DNA of 64,000 bases from positions 4,832,001 through 4,896,000 of the forward strand of contig OZ245817.1 of the NCBI GenBank assembly GCA_965228475.1, in the 5' to 3' direction. A program made the position numbers and the translations under genes. The notes under the pieces are model-generated. The model was not told the origin of the DNA, ran no database searches, and worked only from the letters and a program-made list of their open reading frames with translations. The DNA is from Myxococcota bacterium (GTDB taxonomy: Bacteria; Myxococcota_A; UBA9160; JAFDDA01). Below, one piece after another: positions 1-10,129 of the stretch (position 1 is the first letter of the stretch; every line of letters begins with the position of its first letter).

Positions 1-948
1 GGCAAGCGCGACGACGAGATCGACGCCGCGCTCGAGGCCGGCATCAAGATGTTCAACGTGGAATCGCGTGCGGAGCTGCGGCGCATCGACGCCGTGGCCG
101 GCGCCCGCGGCGTGCGCGCGCCCGTCGCCTTCCGCGTGAACCCGGACGTCGACCCGCAGACCCACCCCTACATCTCGACCGGGCTCAAGACCAGCAAGTT
201 CGGCATCCCCTGGGGCGAGGCGAGCGATGCCTACGCCGAGGCCAAGGCCCTCGAGCACGTCGAGGCCGTGGGCATCGATTGCCACATCGGGAGCCAGCTC
301 ACCCAGGTCCGGCCCTTCGTCGACGCGCTGAACCGCGTGCGGCATCTCGTGCTCGAGCTGCGCGACGCCGGCCACCCGATCCGCACGATCGACGTCGGGG
401 GCGGCCTCGGCGTGCGCTACGACGACGAGACCCCGCCGAGCTTCGCCGAGTACGCCCAGGGCGTCATCGAGAGCGTCGGCGGCCTCGAGTGCGACCTCGT
501 CTTCGAACCGGGCCGTTCCTTCGCCGCCAACGCCGGCGTCATGCTGACCCGCGTGCTCTACGAAAAGACCAACGGCGACCGCCGCTTCGTGATCGTCGAT
601 GCGGCCATGAACGACCTCATCCGCCCCGCCCTCTACCAGGCCTACCAGGCGGTGGAGACCGTGGCCCCCGCGCGCGGCGAGGCCGTGGCGGCCGACGTCG
701 TCGGGCCCGTGTGCGAATCCGGGGACTTCCTCGCCAAGGACCGGCCGATCCCGCCCGTCGAGCGCGGCGACCTGTTCGCCGTGCGCTCCTCGGGGGCCTA
801 CGGGTTCAGCATGTCCTCGAACTACAATGGGCGGGTGCGCGCGGCCGAGGTGCTCGTGAAGGGCGACCGCTTCGAGCTCGTGCGCGAGCGCGAGACCTAC
901 GAAGACCTCGTTCGGGGCGAGACGATCCCCGAAGGACTGACGGGCTGA
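1..948 (+). CDS. lysA: Diaminopimelate decarboxylase (5' truncated by window)
   Basis: Frame open from base 1; motifs SKFG, HIGSQ, GGGLG, EPGR, GPVCESGD, GAYG..MSSNYN. Confidence 0.95.
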   Translation, partial: GKRDDEIDAALEAGIKMFNVESRAELRRIDAVAGARGVRAPVAFRVNPDVDPQTHPYISTGLKTSKFGIPWGEASDAYAEAKALEHVEAVGIDCHIGSQLTQVRPFVDALNRVRHLVLELRDAGHPIRTIDVGGGLGVRYDDETPPSFAEYAQGVIESVGGLECDLVFEPGRSFAANAGVMLTRVLYEKTNGDRRFVIVDAAMNDLIRPALYQAYQAVETVAPARGEAVAADVVGPVCESGDFLAKDRPIPPVERGDLFAVRSSGAYGFSMSSNYNGRVRAAEVLVKGDRFELVRERETYEDLVRGETIPEGLTG

Positions 949-1808
949 TGACGACCCTGCCTTTCACCAAGATGCACGGCGCCGGGAACGACTTCGTCGT
1001 GCTCGACGCGCTGGCCCACGAGATCCCGCCCCTCGAGCGGCTCGCGGAGCGGATCGCGGACCGCCACTTCGGAATCGGCTGCGACCAGATCCTCGTGATC
1101 CGCCCCTCGGAGATCGCGGACTTCCGCATGGACATCTACGACGCCGACGGCTCGCGCGTGGAGATGTGCGGCAACGGCATCCGCGCCCTGCTCAAGTACG
1201 TGCGCGACCGCGGCCACACCCAGGCCGAGGAAGTCGGCGTCGAAACCCTCGGCGGCGTCGTGCGCCCCCGCTGGATCCGCCGCGAAGCCGACGGCTCGGA
1301 CTGCGTGCGCGTCGACATGGGCCGGCCCGTGCTCGTGCCCGAGAAGATCCCCACCCGGCTCGGGAGCGGCGAGGGCCCCGTCCTCGACGCACCCCTCGAC
1401 GTCGAGGGCGAGCGCGTCACGGTCTCCTGCGTTTCGATGGGCAACCCGCACGCGGTCCTCTACGTCGACGACCCGGACACCGCGCCCGTCGAGACCCTCG
1501 GCCCGCGCATCGAGAACCATCCGGCCTTCCCGAACCGGACGAACGTCGAGTTCGTGACCGTCGTCGCCCGCGACCGCATCCGCCAGCGCACGTTCGAGCG
1601 CGGAACCGGCGAGACCCTCGCCTGCGGCAGCGGCGCCTGCGCCGTGGCGGTGGCCTCGATCCTGCGCGGGGTGGCCGACCCGGAGCTGACCGTCGAGCTG
1701 CGCGGCGGCGCGCTCGAGCTCGCCTGGGCCGGCGGTGACGCCTCCGTCTTCATGACGGGCCCCGCCGCCGAGGTCTTCACCGGCACCTTCCCGCTGGAGG
1801 AAGTCTGA
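948..1808 (+). CDS. dapF: Diaminopimelate epimerase
   Basis: ATG overlaps lysA TGA; FTKMHGAGNDF, EMCGNG, SMGNPH, ERGTGETLACGSGACA. Confidence 0.96.
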   Translation: MTTLPFTKMHGAGNDFVVLDALAHEIPPLERLAERIADRHFGIGCDQILVIRPSEIADFRMDIYDADGSRVEMCGNGIRALLKYVRDRGHTQAEEVGVETLGGVVRPRWIRREADGSDCVRVDMGRPVLVPEKIPTRLGSGEGPVLDAPLDVEGERVTVSCVSMGNPHAVLYVDDPDTAPVETLGPRIENHPAFPNRTNVEFVTVVARDRIRQRTFERGTGETLACGSGACAVAVASILRGVADPELTVELRGGALELAWAGGDASVFMTGPAAEVFTGTFPLEEV

Positions 1809-2680
1809 TGTTCGAGGGTGTCCACACTGCACTGGTGACCCCGTTCCGGAATGACGCCGTCGACGAGGCGGCCCTGCGGCAGCTCGTCGAGCGCCAGGTC
1901 GAGGCCGGCGTCGACGGGATCGTGCCCTGCGGCAGCACGGGCGAGTCCGCCACGCTCTCCCACGCCGAGCACCGGCGCGTGGTCGAGGTCGTGGTGGAGG
2001 CCGCGCGCGGCCGCGTCCAGGTGATTGCGGGCACGGGCTCGAACAACACCAAGGAGGCGATCGCCCTCACCCGGCACGCGAAGGAGGCCGGCGCGGACGG
2101 CGCGCTCCTGATCTCGCCCTACTACAACAAGCCGACCCAGCGCGGAGTCGTCGAGCACTTCGCGGAGATCGCACGCCAGTCGGCGTTCCCGCTGGTCGTC
2201 TACAACATCCCGGGGCGCACGGCCTCGAACCTGCTGCCCGAGACCCTCGCCGAGCTCTCGACGATCGAGCAGATCGTCGGCGTGAAGGAAGCGTGCGGGG
2301 ACATCCACCAGATCTCCCAGGCCGTGATCGCCTGCGCCGAGGGCTTCACGTTCCTGGCGGGCGACGACGCCATGACCCTGCCGCTGCTCGCCGTCGGCGG
2401 GCACGGCGTCATCACCACCGTGGGCAACCTCGTCCCGGCCGAGATGGTCGAGCTCGTGCGCAGCTTCAAGAGCGGCGACGTCGCCCAGGCCCAGCGCCTC
2501 CACCAACGCCTGCTGCCGCTGATCGACGCCGTCTTCTGCGAAACGAACCCGATCCCGATCAAGGCGGCCGTCGCGCTCCAGGGCCTGGTGTCGGACGAGA
2601 TCCGGCTTCCGCTCACGCCGATCGCGGACGAGAACCGCGAACGGCTGCGCCTGGTCATGAAGGAGTTCGGCCTCCTGTGA
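1808..2680 (+). CDS. dapA: 4-hydroxy-tetrahydrodipicolinate synthase
   Basis: GSTGES, PYYNKPTQ, YNIPGRT, GVKEA, ETNPIPIK; lysine operon context. Confidence 0.95.
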   Translation: MFEGVHTALVTPFRNDAVDEAALRQLVERQVEAGVDGIVPCGSTGESATLSHAEHRRVVEVVVEAARGRVQVIAGTGSNNTKEAIALTRHAKEAGADGALLISPYYNKPTQRGVVEHFAEIARQSAFPLVVYNIPGRTASNLLPETLAELSTIEQIVGVKEACGDIHQISQAVIACAEGFTFLAGDDAMTLPLLAVGGHGVITTVGNLVPAEMVELVRSFKSGDVAQAQRLHQRLLPLIDAVFCETNPIPIKAAVALQGLVSDEIRLPLTPIADENRERLRLVMKEFGLL

Positions 2681-2717
2681 GCGAGCCGCGCGCAGGACTT
2701 CGCCGGGAGAGGCGCTC

Positions 2718-3506
2718 GTGAGCGTCCGCGTCTGCGTCGTCGGCGCACTCGGACGCATGGGCGAGCACGTGCGTGCCGCCGTCCGGCAGGACCCCGGAAC
2801 CGAGCTGGCTTCCCTGCTCGAAGGCCCCGGGCACCCGGGCGTCGGCGAGAGCCACGACGGCTGCACCGTGACCGACGATGCGGCGGCGGCCTTCTCGGCG
2901 GCGGAGGTCGCCATCGACTTCTCGATCCCGGCCGCGACCCTGGCGAACCTCCCCGTCGCCGCCGAGGCCGGCATCGCCTACGCCACCGGCACCACGGGCT
3001 TCAGCGCCGAGCAGAAGCTCGAGCTCGAACGCATCGCGGCGCGCATCCCGCTGCTCCAGGCTGCGAACTTCTCGATCGCGGTGAACGTGCTGAACCACCT
3101 CGCCGGGCGGGCGGCGGAGCTCCTCGGCGACGCCTTCGACCCGGAGATCGTCGAGCTCCACCACGGCCAGAAGCGGGACGCCCCGAGCGGCACCGCCCTC
3201 TGGCTCGGCGAGACCGTCGCCGCCGCCCGGGCGACCACCCTCGAGAAGTCCGGGACCCTCTCCCGCGAGGGCGACGTCGGCGCGAGGCCCCACGGCGAGA
3301 TCGGCATCCAGACCCTGCGCGGCGGCGACAACCCGGGAGAGCACACGGTGATGTTCGTCGGCCGCGGCGAGCGCATCGAACTGATCCACCGCAGCGCCAC
3401 CCGCGAGCACTTCGCGAGCGGCAGCGTGCGCGCGGCTCGCTGGCTCGTGGGCCAGCCGGCCGGTCTCTACGGCATGGCCGACGTGCTCGGCCTCTCGGCC
3501 CGATAG
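2718..3506 (+). CDS. dapB: 4-hydroxy-tetrahydrodipicolinate reductase
   Basis: GALGRMG, GTTGF, ELHHGQKRDAPSGTA. Confidence 0.95.
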   Translation: MSVRVCVVGALGRMGEHVRAAVRQDPGTELASLLEGPGHPGVGESHDGCTVTDDAAAAFSAAEVAIDFSIPAATLANLPVAAEAGIAYATGTTGFSAEQKLELERIAARIPLLQAANFSIAVNVLNHLAGRAAELLGDAFDPEIVELHHGQKRDAPSGTALWLGETVAAARATTLEKSGTLSREGDVGARPHGEIGIQTLRGGDNPGEHTVMFVGRGERIELIHRSATREHFASGSVRAARWLVGQPAGLYGMADVLGLSAR

Positions 3507-3520
3507 GGGCGCCGCTCGCC

Positions 3521-4912
3521 ATGGCGCCGCGAGGCCGACAGCCCCTCGCCGAGCGGCTTCGACGCTGCGCGGCCCTGGTCCTCGTCCTCGCCGGGTGCGC
3601 CCCGGATCCGGGCGGCCCGCCGAACGTCGTCGTCTACGTGATCGATACCCTGCGCGCGGACGCCCTCGGCGCCTACGGCCAGCCGCTCCCGACCTCGCCC
3701 GTGTTCGACGCCCTCGCGGCCGAAGGCACCCTCTACGAGAACGCCGTCGCCCCCGCACCCTGGACGCTGCCCTCGGTCGCCTCGCTGCTGACCGGCCTTC
3801 CGCTCTGCGACCACGGCGTGCGCCTCGACGGCGACCGCATCCCCGAGGACGTCGCGACCTTCGCCGAGCGCTTCCGGGCGGCGGGGTACCGCACCGCGAA
3901 CTTCCACGCGAACCCCTACGCCGGGGAGATGAGCGGCCTCGACCGTGGCTTCGAGACGACGGCGCTCTTCCGCGGGCAGGCCGCCGTCGATCCGAACGTC
4001 CTGCTCCGCTGGCTCGAAGAGGACGACCGGCCCTTCTTCCTCTATCTCCACTCGACCGAACCCCACGACCCGTACACGGGACACCGCGAGAGTCTCGATG
4101 CGCTCGGGGGCGGCGTCGGCGACGCCGAGCGACGCGTGCTCAACCGCGAGCTGCAGCGCTACCGCCAGCTGACGCGGGCCGACTTCACCGAGGGCCTGCC
4201 GCCGGGCACCACGGACAACGCCGAGGAGCAGGAGGCCACGATGAAGGGGCTCGAAGCCGAGCGCGCGGCCATCGAACGCCTCTACGCCGCGGACGTGCGC
4301 GTGGCCGATGCGAACCTCGGCCAGGTCCGGGCGGCCCTCGAGCGCGCCGGCGTTCTCGACCGCACGATCCTCGCCGTGACCTCCGACCACGGCGAGGAGT
4401 TCGGCGAGCACGGCGGCTGGCAGCACGACCAATCGCTCCATCGGGAGCTCTTGCACGTGCCCCTCTTGATCCGCGATCCGCGAAGCGCGAACCAGGGGGT
4501 GCGCGTGAGCGAACCGTTTTCCGTGACCGCGCTCCTGCCCCGGCTCTTCGAAATGGCCGGACTCGGCGAGAGCCCGGTCGGAGCCCCGGAGGTCGTCGCC
4601 GTGCGGGACAACCGCAAGAAGTACTTCGAGCCCTTCAAGCGCGAGCGGGGCGACCTGAACGTCGCCCTCTTCGATGGAGGCCTGAAGGCGATCTACAACG
4701 CCGAACCCGGGACGATCGAGCTCTACGATCTCGGCGACACCGGCGAGCGGACGGACCGCGCTGCCGACGCTCCCGAGCGCGCCGCAGCCTTGCGCGAGCG
4801 CGCGCGGGGCTGGGTCGATCGCTGCCGCGCCAACGATCGCGAAACCTCGTCCCTCCGAGACCTCGACCCGGAGCAGCGCGAACGGCTCCGCGCCCTTGGA
4901 TACATCGACTGA
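3521..4912 (+). CDS. Sulfatase-like (alkaline phosphatase superfamily) lipoprotein
   Basis: PNVVVYVIDTLRAD, WTLPSVASLLTG, PHDPY, SDHGEEF; lipobox VLAGC; lacks CxPxR. Confidence 0.8.
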   Translation: MAPRGRQPLAERLRRCAALVLVLAGCAPDPGGPPNVVVYVIDTLRADALGAYGQPLPTSPVFDALAAEGTLYENAVAPAPWTLPSVASLLTGLPLCDHGVRLDGDRIPEDVATFAERFRAAGYRTANFHANPYAGEMSGLDRGFETTALFRGQAAVDPNVLLRWLEEDDRPFFLYLHSTEPHDPYTGHRESLDALGGGVGDAERRVLNRELQRYRQLTRADFTEGLPPGTTDNAEEQEATMKGLEAERAAIERLYAADVRVADANLGQVRAALERAGVLDRTILAVTSDHGEEFGEHGGWQHDQSLHRELLHVPLLIRDPRSANQGVRVSEPFSVTALLPRLFEMAGLGESPVGAPEVVAVRDNRKKYFEPFKRERGDLNVALFDGGLKAIYNAEPGTIELYDLGDTGERTDRAADAPERAAALRERARGWVDRCRANDRETSSLRDLDPEQRERLRALGYID

Positions 4913-6192
4913 TGCAGAACCTCACCCCGATCCTGCTCGCGCTTCTGCTCCTTCCCACCGCGTGTGGGGAACGGAGCGAACCCACCGAGGCTTCCTCGGA
5001 GGCCGAGACCCCGTCGGGCACCGACATCGAGATGTCGAAGGAGGAGCGCGAGCTCCTCGAGGCCCTCGGCTACGTCTACTTCTCGGCCGATGAGCCGACC
5101 GGCGAGACCGGCGTCGTCCGTCACGACCCCGAGCGCGCCTTCCCCGGCTACAGCCTCTACACGATTCGCCACCGCTGCCGCGCGGAGCTCGTCGACATGG
5201 AGGGGCGCGTCGTGCACGCCTGGGAGAAACCCCCGTGCCGATTCTGGTCGACGGCCGACCTCCTTCCTTCGGGCGACCTGCTCGTCACCGGCATGGACCT
5301 CACCGGAAACGACCGCAAGGAATCCCTCGACGCCATGTTCGCCCTGCGGCTCGCCTGGGACGGGACGGAACGCTTCAAGCGCGCGATTCCCGCGCACCAC
5401 GATCTCGAGCAGACGCCCCGCGGCGACCTCCTCACCCTCGTCGGGCGCTACCGCACCCTTCCCGCGGTCTACCCGGACGCCGAGGTGAAGGACGAGTGGC
5501 TGACCCTGCTCACGCCCGACGGCGAGACGATCGCCGAGGCCTCCGTCCTCGAGATCCTGCAGAAGACCCCGGAGATCTTCCGCATGCGGAAGATCAACGC
5601 CCGGCTGCGCGACGAGCGCCAGGCCGTCGAGCTCTTCCATGCCAACTCGATCGAGTGGATGAACCGGCCGGAGCTCTTCGGAACGCACCGCGTCTACGGG
5701 CCGAACCACATCCTCACCTGCCTGCGCAACCAGGACACCATCGCCATCATCGATTGGGAAGCCCGACGGCTCGTCTGGGCCTGGGGCAAAGGGAAGCTCG
5801 AGCTCCCGCATCACCCGACGCTGCTCGCGAACGGGAACATCCTGCTCTTCGACAATGGCGTGCGGCGGCGCACCTCACGCGTACTCGAGGTCGACCCGCG
5901 CACCGACGAGATCGTCTGGGAGTACCCGGGCGAGACGGGCGAGCCCTTCTTCTCGGCGAACCGCGGGTCGAACGAGCGGCTCCCCAACGGCAACACGCTG
6001 ATCGCGGATTCCGATTCCGGCCGCGCCTTCGAGGTGACCCGGGAGGGCGAGACGGTCTGGGAGTACCTCGTCCCCGACGTCGACGACGAGGGCCGGCGCG
6101 CCACGATCGAGCGCATCAAGCGCTATCCCCTCGAGGCCTTCGCCGACCGGATCGGGAGCCCCGCGGAAGCGGCCCCGCTAGAGGGCGAGTAG
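4912..6192 (+). CDS. Arylsulfotransferase (ASST)-family beta-propeller lipoprotein
   Basis: ATG overlaps upstream stop; lipobox LPTAC; HHD, HANSI, FDNG, RLPNGNTLI motifs. Confidence 0.75.
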   Translation: MQNLTPILLALLLLPTACGERSEPTEASSEAETPSGTDIEMSKEERELLEALGYVYFSADEPTGETGVVRHDPERAFPGYSLYTIRHRCRAELVDMEGRVVHAWEKPPCRFWSTADLLPSGDLLVTGMDLTGNDRKESLDAMFALRLAWDGTERFKRAIPAHHDLEQTPRGDLLTLVGRYRTLPAVYPDAEVKDEWLTLLTPDGETIAEASVLEILQKTPEIFRMRKINARLRDERQAVELFHANSIEWMNRPELFGTHRVYGPNHILTCLRNQDTIAIIDWEARRLVWAWGKGKLELPHHPTLLANGNILLFDNGVRRRTSRVLEVDPRTDEIVWEYPGETGEPFFSANRGSNERLPNGNTLIADSDSGRAFEVTREGETVWEYLVPDVDDEGRRATIERIKRYPLEAFADRIGSPAEAAPLEGE

Positions 6193-7503
6193 CGCGTAGC
6201 CGTAGAGCGCGACGGTGAGCACGGGCCAGAGCCCGTGGAGCGCGAGGGCGCGGGACCAGGCGGCCGCGCCGGCCGCTTCGAAGGCCGGCCCCTCCCGCGC
6301 GAACAGGAGCGGCGGGAGCGCGATCCCGAGCAGCACGAGCAGCAGGACGTGCCGCGGCAGCATGTGCAGATGCGCGAGGCCGTGCTGGGGCATGAGGAAT
6401 GCCCAGGCGACCGTCGAAGCCAGGGCGATGGCGAGAGCGAAAGCGCCGACGCCGAGGGCACGGAACGACCCGGCGCGCAGGCGCGGCGCGAGCCCGGTGC
6501 CGAGCGCCGCGAGCCCGGCCGCCGCCGCCACGAGCAGCAACCCGGGCGAAGTCCAGCGCGGGTTCGCGAACTGGCCGGCGAGCTGCCCGATCACGTAGGT
6601 CCGGGAGAGATCCCCGCCCGCCCCGTAGGCCTCGGCGAGGGTCTGCGTGTTCGCGCGGATCTTCGCGCCGTACTCCGGGTTGAGCCGCTCGGCACCGTCG
6701 GCGCCCGCCCGCGCCGCGGCCGAGCCGAGCAGGTCGCGCAGCGCGGTCTCCGCGTCGCCGAAGTAGAGCACCAGCTGGAACGTGTGGGCGAGGATCGCGA
6801 GCGAGGCGCCGGCGGTGAACTTGAGCGTGTCGAGCACGCCGTGCAGGAGAGCCTGGGTGAGCGGCAGCGCTTCGTCCCGCGCGGCGACGAGCCAGCGTGC
6901 GCCGAACAGAACCAGCGCCTGGCCGGGCAACCAGTCGTAGCCGACCCAACCCGCGACGAAGCCGAGGGCGACGAAGGGCCAGCTCCTGCCCGCGGGCAGG
7001 AGCGTGGCGAGCACGACCGCGAGGAGCGCGACGGTCACCGCGTAGGAGTGTTCGTGGATCGCCCCCTGCCACTGGACGTAGGCCGGCTGCAGCAGGAGGA
7101 TGCAGCACCCGCCGACGACCCACGCGAGCATCCAGCGCCGGAGACTGACCCGGGCGAGCACGAAGGCGAACCCGCCGAGCGCGAAGGAAGACAGGAGGAG
7201 CGGCAGCCAGCGCATCGTGCCGCGCTCGAGGCCGACGGCCGTCATCGCCGCCGTCAGGTAGAGCGGCCCGTTCGGATAGTGGGTGTACTCGACGATGCCG
7301 AACCGCTGATCGCCCCGCGCCATGCGCTCGGCCTCGGCGAAGGTGGTGGCTTCCGCCTGCGCGCCCGTCTCGACCGAGCCGAGGAAGGCGGCCCCGAGCA
7401 CCAGGGAAGCGAGCAGGACCGCGGCCGCGGTGATCCACGCGGCGCGCGGACCCGGAGCGGCGGCGGGGGGCGTGGCGGAATCCATCGGCGCGTCACCGCT
7501 CAT
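6178..7503 (-). CDS. Polytopic membrane protein, possibly GT-C-like glycan-modifying enzyme
   Basis: Many hydrophobic segments, periplasmic YTHYPNGP loop; start uncertain. Confidence 0.55.
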   Translation of the reverse strand: MSGDAPMDSATPPAAAPGPRAAWITAAAVLLASLVLGAAFLGSVETGAQAEATTFAEAERMARGDQRFGIVEYTHYPNGPLYLTAAMTAVGLERGTMRWLPLLLSSFALGGFAFVLARVSLRRWMLAWVVGGCCILLLQPAYVQWQGAIHEHSYAVTVALLAVVLATLLPAGRSWPFVALGFVAGWVGYDWLPGQALVLFGARWLVAARDEALPLTQALLHGVLDTLKFTAGASLAILAHTFQLVLYFGDAETALRDLLGSAAARAGADGAERLNPEYGAKIRANTQTLAEAYGAGGDLSRTYVIGQLAGQFANPRWTSPGLLLVAAAAGLAALGTGLAPRLRAGSFRALGVGAFALAIALASTVAWAFLMPQHGLAHLHMLPRHVLLLVLLGIALPPLLFAREGPAFEAAGAAAWSRALALHGLWPVLTVALYGYALLAL

Positions 7504-7523
7504 GACGCGCGATAATAGCGACG

Positions 7524-8936
7524 ATGCTCCACCCGACCCGGCACCGCGCCTCTCCCCGCTCGCGCAGATGCATCGTGACCACGCTGGCCGTGCTCGGCCT
7601 CGTCTCCTGCGGCGAAGCCGAGCCCCCCGGCGCAAGCGGAGCGGCCGCACCGCCGCCCGATGCCCCGAACGTCCTGCTCGTGGTCGCCGACGACCTCGGC
7701 TGGAACGACGTCGGCTACCACGGAAGCGAGATCCGCACGCCGCGCATCGACGCCCTCGCCGCCGAGGGAGTTCGCGCGGAGCGTTTCTACGCCCTGCCGA
7801 CCTGCAGCCCGACGCGCGCCGCCCTGCTCACGGGACGCTTCCCCGCACGCTACGGGTTCCAGGGCGGCGCCGTCCGTCCGTGGGACGGCTACGGACTCCC
7901 GGAAAGCGAATCCACCCTTGCGGACGACCTCCGCGCGGCCGGCTACGAAACGGCGCTCGTCGGGAAGTGGCACCTCGGCATGACGCGGCCGGAGCACCTG
8001 CCCTCGGCCCGCGGCTTCGAACATCACTACGGCCCCTACGGCGGCATGGTCGACTACTGGCGCCACCGGCGCCTGGGCGCCCTGGACTGGCATCGCGCGG
8101 GCCAGCCCGTCCGGGAAGAGGGTCACGCGACGGATCTTCTCGCGGCCGAGGCGGTGCGCATCCTCGAGGAACGCCCCCTCGAGCGTCCTCTCTTCCTCAT
8201 GCTGAGTTTCACGGCCCCCCACACCCCCCTGCAGCCGACCGCCGAGGACGAGGACGCCTACGCCGAAACGGCGGATCCGAACCGCAGGAATTTCTCCGCC
8301 CTGGTGAGCCAGCTCGATCGCGCGGTGGGCTCGGTCCTCGACGCCCTCGCTCGCGAAGGCCTGGCCGACCGCACCCTCGTGATCTTCCTGAGCGACAACG
8401 GCGCGTCGGCGAGCGACGGCGGAAGCAACGCACCGCTTCGCGGCGGCAAGGGGCAGCTCACCGAGGGCGGCGTGCGCGTCCCGGCGGTGTTCACGTGGCC
8501 GGGCCGGCTGCCCGCAGGCGCGGTCGCCCGAGCCCCGCTGCACGCGGTCGACGTACGGGCCACGGTTCGGGCGCTCGCGGGGATCGCGCCGGCCGGGCCG
8601 GACCTCGACGGCATCGACGTCTTTCCGGTGCTCCGCGGAGAGGCGCAGGCGGCGCGGCCGATCCCCCTGAACGTGGAGGCGCGGCGGGCGGCCGTCGTGT
8701 TCGGCCCGTGGAAGCTCCTCGTGCGCGGGCCCGTCGCTTCGCCCGAGGCGCTCGGCCTGTTCGACGTCGCCGCCGACCCGGGCGAGGCCACGAACCTCGC
8801 CCAGCGCGAGCCCGAGCGCGTCGAGCAGCTGCTCTCCCACCTGCGGGAGCTCGAGGCAGGCGCGGCGGCTCCGCTGGCGCGGCATCCGAACATGCCGCCC
8901 GGGTTCGAGCCGCCCGACGTATGGGGGCCGCGCTAG
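7524..8936 (+). CDS. Arylsulfatase (Cys-type, formylglycine-dependent) lipoprotein
   Basis: DDLGWND, CSPTRAALLTGR, GKWHLG, SDNG, EGGVRVP; lipobox LVSC; true start may be slightly downstream. Confidence 0.9.
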   Translation: MLHPTRHRASPRSRRCIVTTLAVLGLVSCGEAEPPGASGAAAPPPDAPNVLLVVADDLGWNDVGYHGSEIRTPRIDALAAEGVRAERFYALPTCSPTRAALLTGRFPARYGFQGGAVRPWDGYGLPESESTLADDLRAAGYETALVGKWHLGMTRPEHLPSARGFEHHYGPYGGMVDYWRHRRLGALDWHRAGQPVREEGHATDLLAAEAVRILEERPLERPLFLMLSFTAPHTPLQPTAEDEDAYAETADPNRRNFSALVSQLDRAVGSVLDALAREGLADRTLVIFLSDNGASASDGGSNAPLRGGKGQLTEGGVRVPAVFTWPGRLPAGAVARAPLHAVDVRATVRALAGIAPAGPDLDGIDVFPVLRGEAQAARPIPLNVEARRAAVVFGPWKLLVRGPVASPEALGLFDVAADPGEATNLAQREPERVEQLLSHLRELEAGAAAPLARHPNMPPGFEPPDVWGPR

Positions 8937-8939
8937 ACC

Positions 8940-8979
8940 GCGCCGCCAGCGCGAATCGAGCGCCGCTAGCGCGAATCGA
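8940..8979. repeat. 20-bp tandem duplication (1 mismatch) spanning the GT9 stop codon
   Basis: gcgccgccagcgcgaatcga / gcgccgctagcgcgaatcga. Confidence 0.8.
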
Positions 8980-10129
8980 CGTAGGGCGACCAGCGTTCGC
9001 CCTCGCCCGACGCCTCGAACAGATTCTGGATGCACACGTTGTCACCGCCGCACGGCGCGGTCTCGGCGAGGTGGACGCACGGGGAGCAAGGGATCTTGCG
9101 GTAGACGGCCTCTTCCTCGAGCCCGTCGAAGGGCTTGAGCCGGGTGCGCGGATCCGTCGGCCCCCAGTAGGAGAGGCACTTCAAGCGGAAGAGGCGGGCG
9201 TAGTGGAGAAGCCCGGAGTCGACGCCCCAGTACCCGTCGGCGCTCGCGAGCTCGGCCAGGCTCTCGGGGAGGCTGCACTCGCCGCAGAGGTTCTCGTAGG
9301 CGTGTTCGGGCAGCGCCGCCTGCGCGCGCCGGATCACCGCCTCGGCGAGCTCCCGGTCGCGCGCGGCGCCGAGGAAGACGAAGCGCCGCGCTCCGCTGCC
9401 CGCGCGCTCGCGGAAGACCCGCTCCCACTGCTCGGGCGAGAGCATCCGCTCGGGCGCGAGCTCCGAGCACGCGACGCCCACGCAGATCCGTTCGCGCCCG
9501 TCCGCCTCCGCCGCGCGCGGCGCCGGCAACCCCTCTCGGATGCGCGCATCGCACGCGGCGGCGCCTGCGGGCGTCGCGTCGAGGAGCGCCATCGCCTTCT
9601 CGTAGAAGTAGTAGCTGCCGGAGAACCGGTTGAAGAAGATCAGGTGCGTGTGCAGACCGCGGCGCCAGAACGTGTCGTGGAGGAAGAAGCCGAGCCGATT
9701 GCGCGCGCAGGTCGCCACGGAGAAGATCGTCGAGAGGCGGCTGTGCACTTCGAGGTCGAGCACGGTGTCGGATCGGAACGTGCGGCGGAGCGCCGAGATT
9801 CCGCTCGCCAGGAGCTTCGCCGGGCTGCCGTCGTCGATCACGCGGATCTCGTCGAAGACCCGGAAGGTCCGTGCGAAGACGGCGACTTCGGGCGAGCAGA
9901 CCAGGGCGAGCCGTGCATCGGGATGCCGCTCCCGCAGCCCGACGAGGGCCGGATAGGCCAGCAGCAGGCTCCCGCCACCCATCAGCTTCAGGATCGTGAT
10001 CTCGCGCCCGACGCGCAGCGTGTGATCCCGCCGCAGGAGGTGCCCGAGCCCCCGGACGATCGGGCGCAGCAGGAAGATGGCCGCTCCGCCGAGGTAGAAG
10101 TCGATGCGCTGCTTGGCGCGGAGCTTCAC
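8966..10129 (-). CDS. Glycosyltransferase family 9 (heptosyltransferase-like)
   Basis: GTG overlaps upstream stop; DSGLLH, WGPTDP, C-terminal CSPC..C..C. Confidence 0.85.
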   Translation of the reverse strand: MKLRAKQRIDFYLGGAAIFLLRPIVRGLGHLLRRDHTLRVGREITILKLMGGGSLLLAYPALVGLRERHPDARLALVCSPEVAVFARTFRVFDEIRVIDDGSPAKLLASGISALRRTFRSDTVLDLEVHSRLSTIFSVATCARNRLGFFLHDTFWRRGLHTHLIFFNRFSGSYYFYEKAMALLDATPAGAAACDARIREGLPAPRAAEADGRERICVGVACSELAPERMLSPEQWERVFRERAGSGARRFVFLGAARDRELAEAVIRRAQAALPEHAYENLCGECSLPESLAELASADGYWGVDSGLLHYARLFRLKCLSYWGPTDPRTRLKPFDGLEEEAVYRKIPCSPCVHLAETAPCGGDNVCIQNLFEASGEGERWSPYVDSR

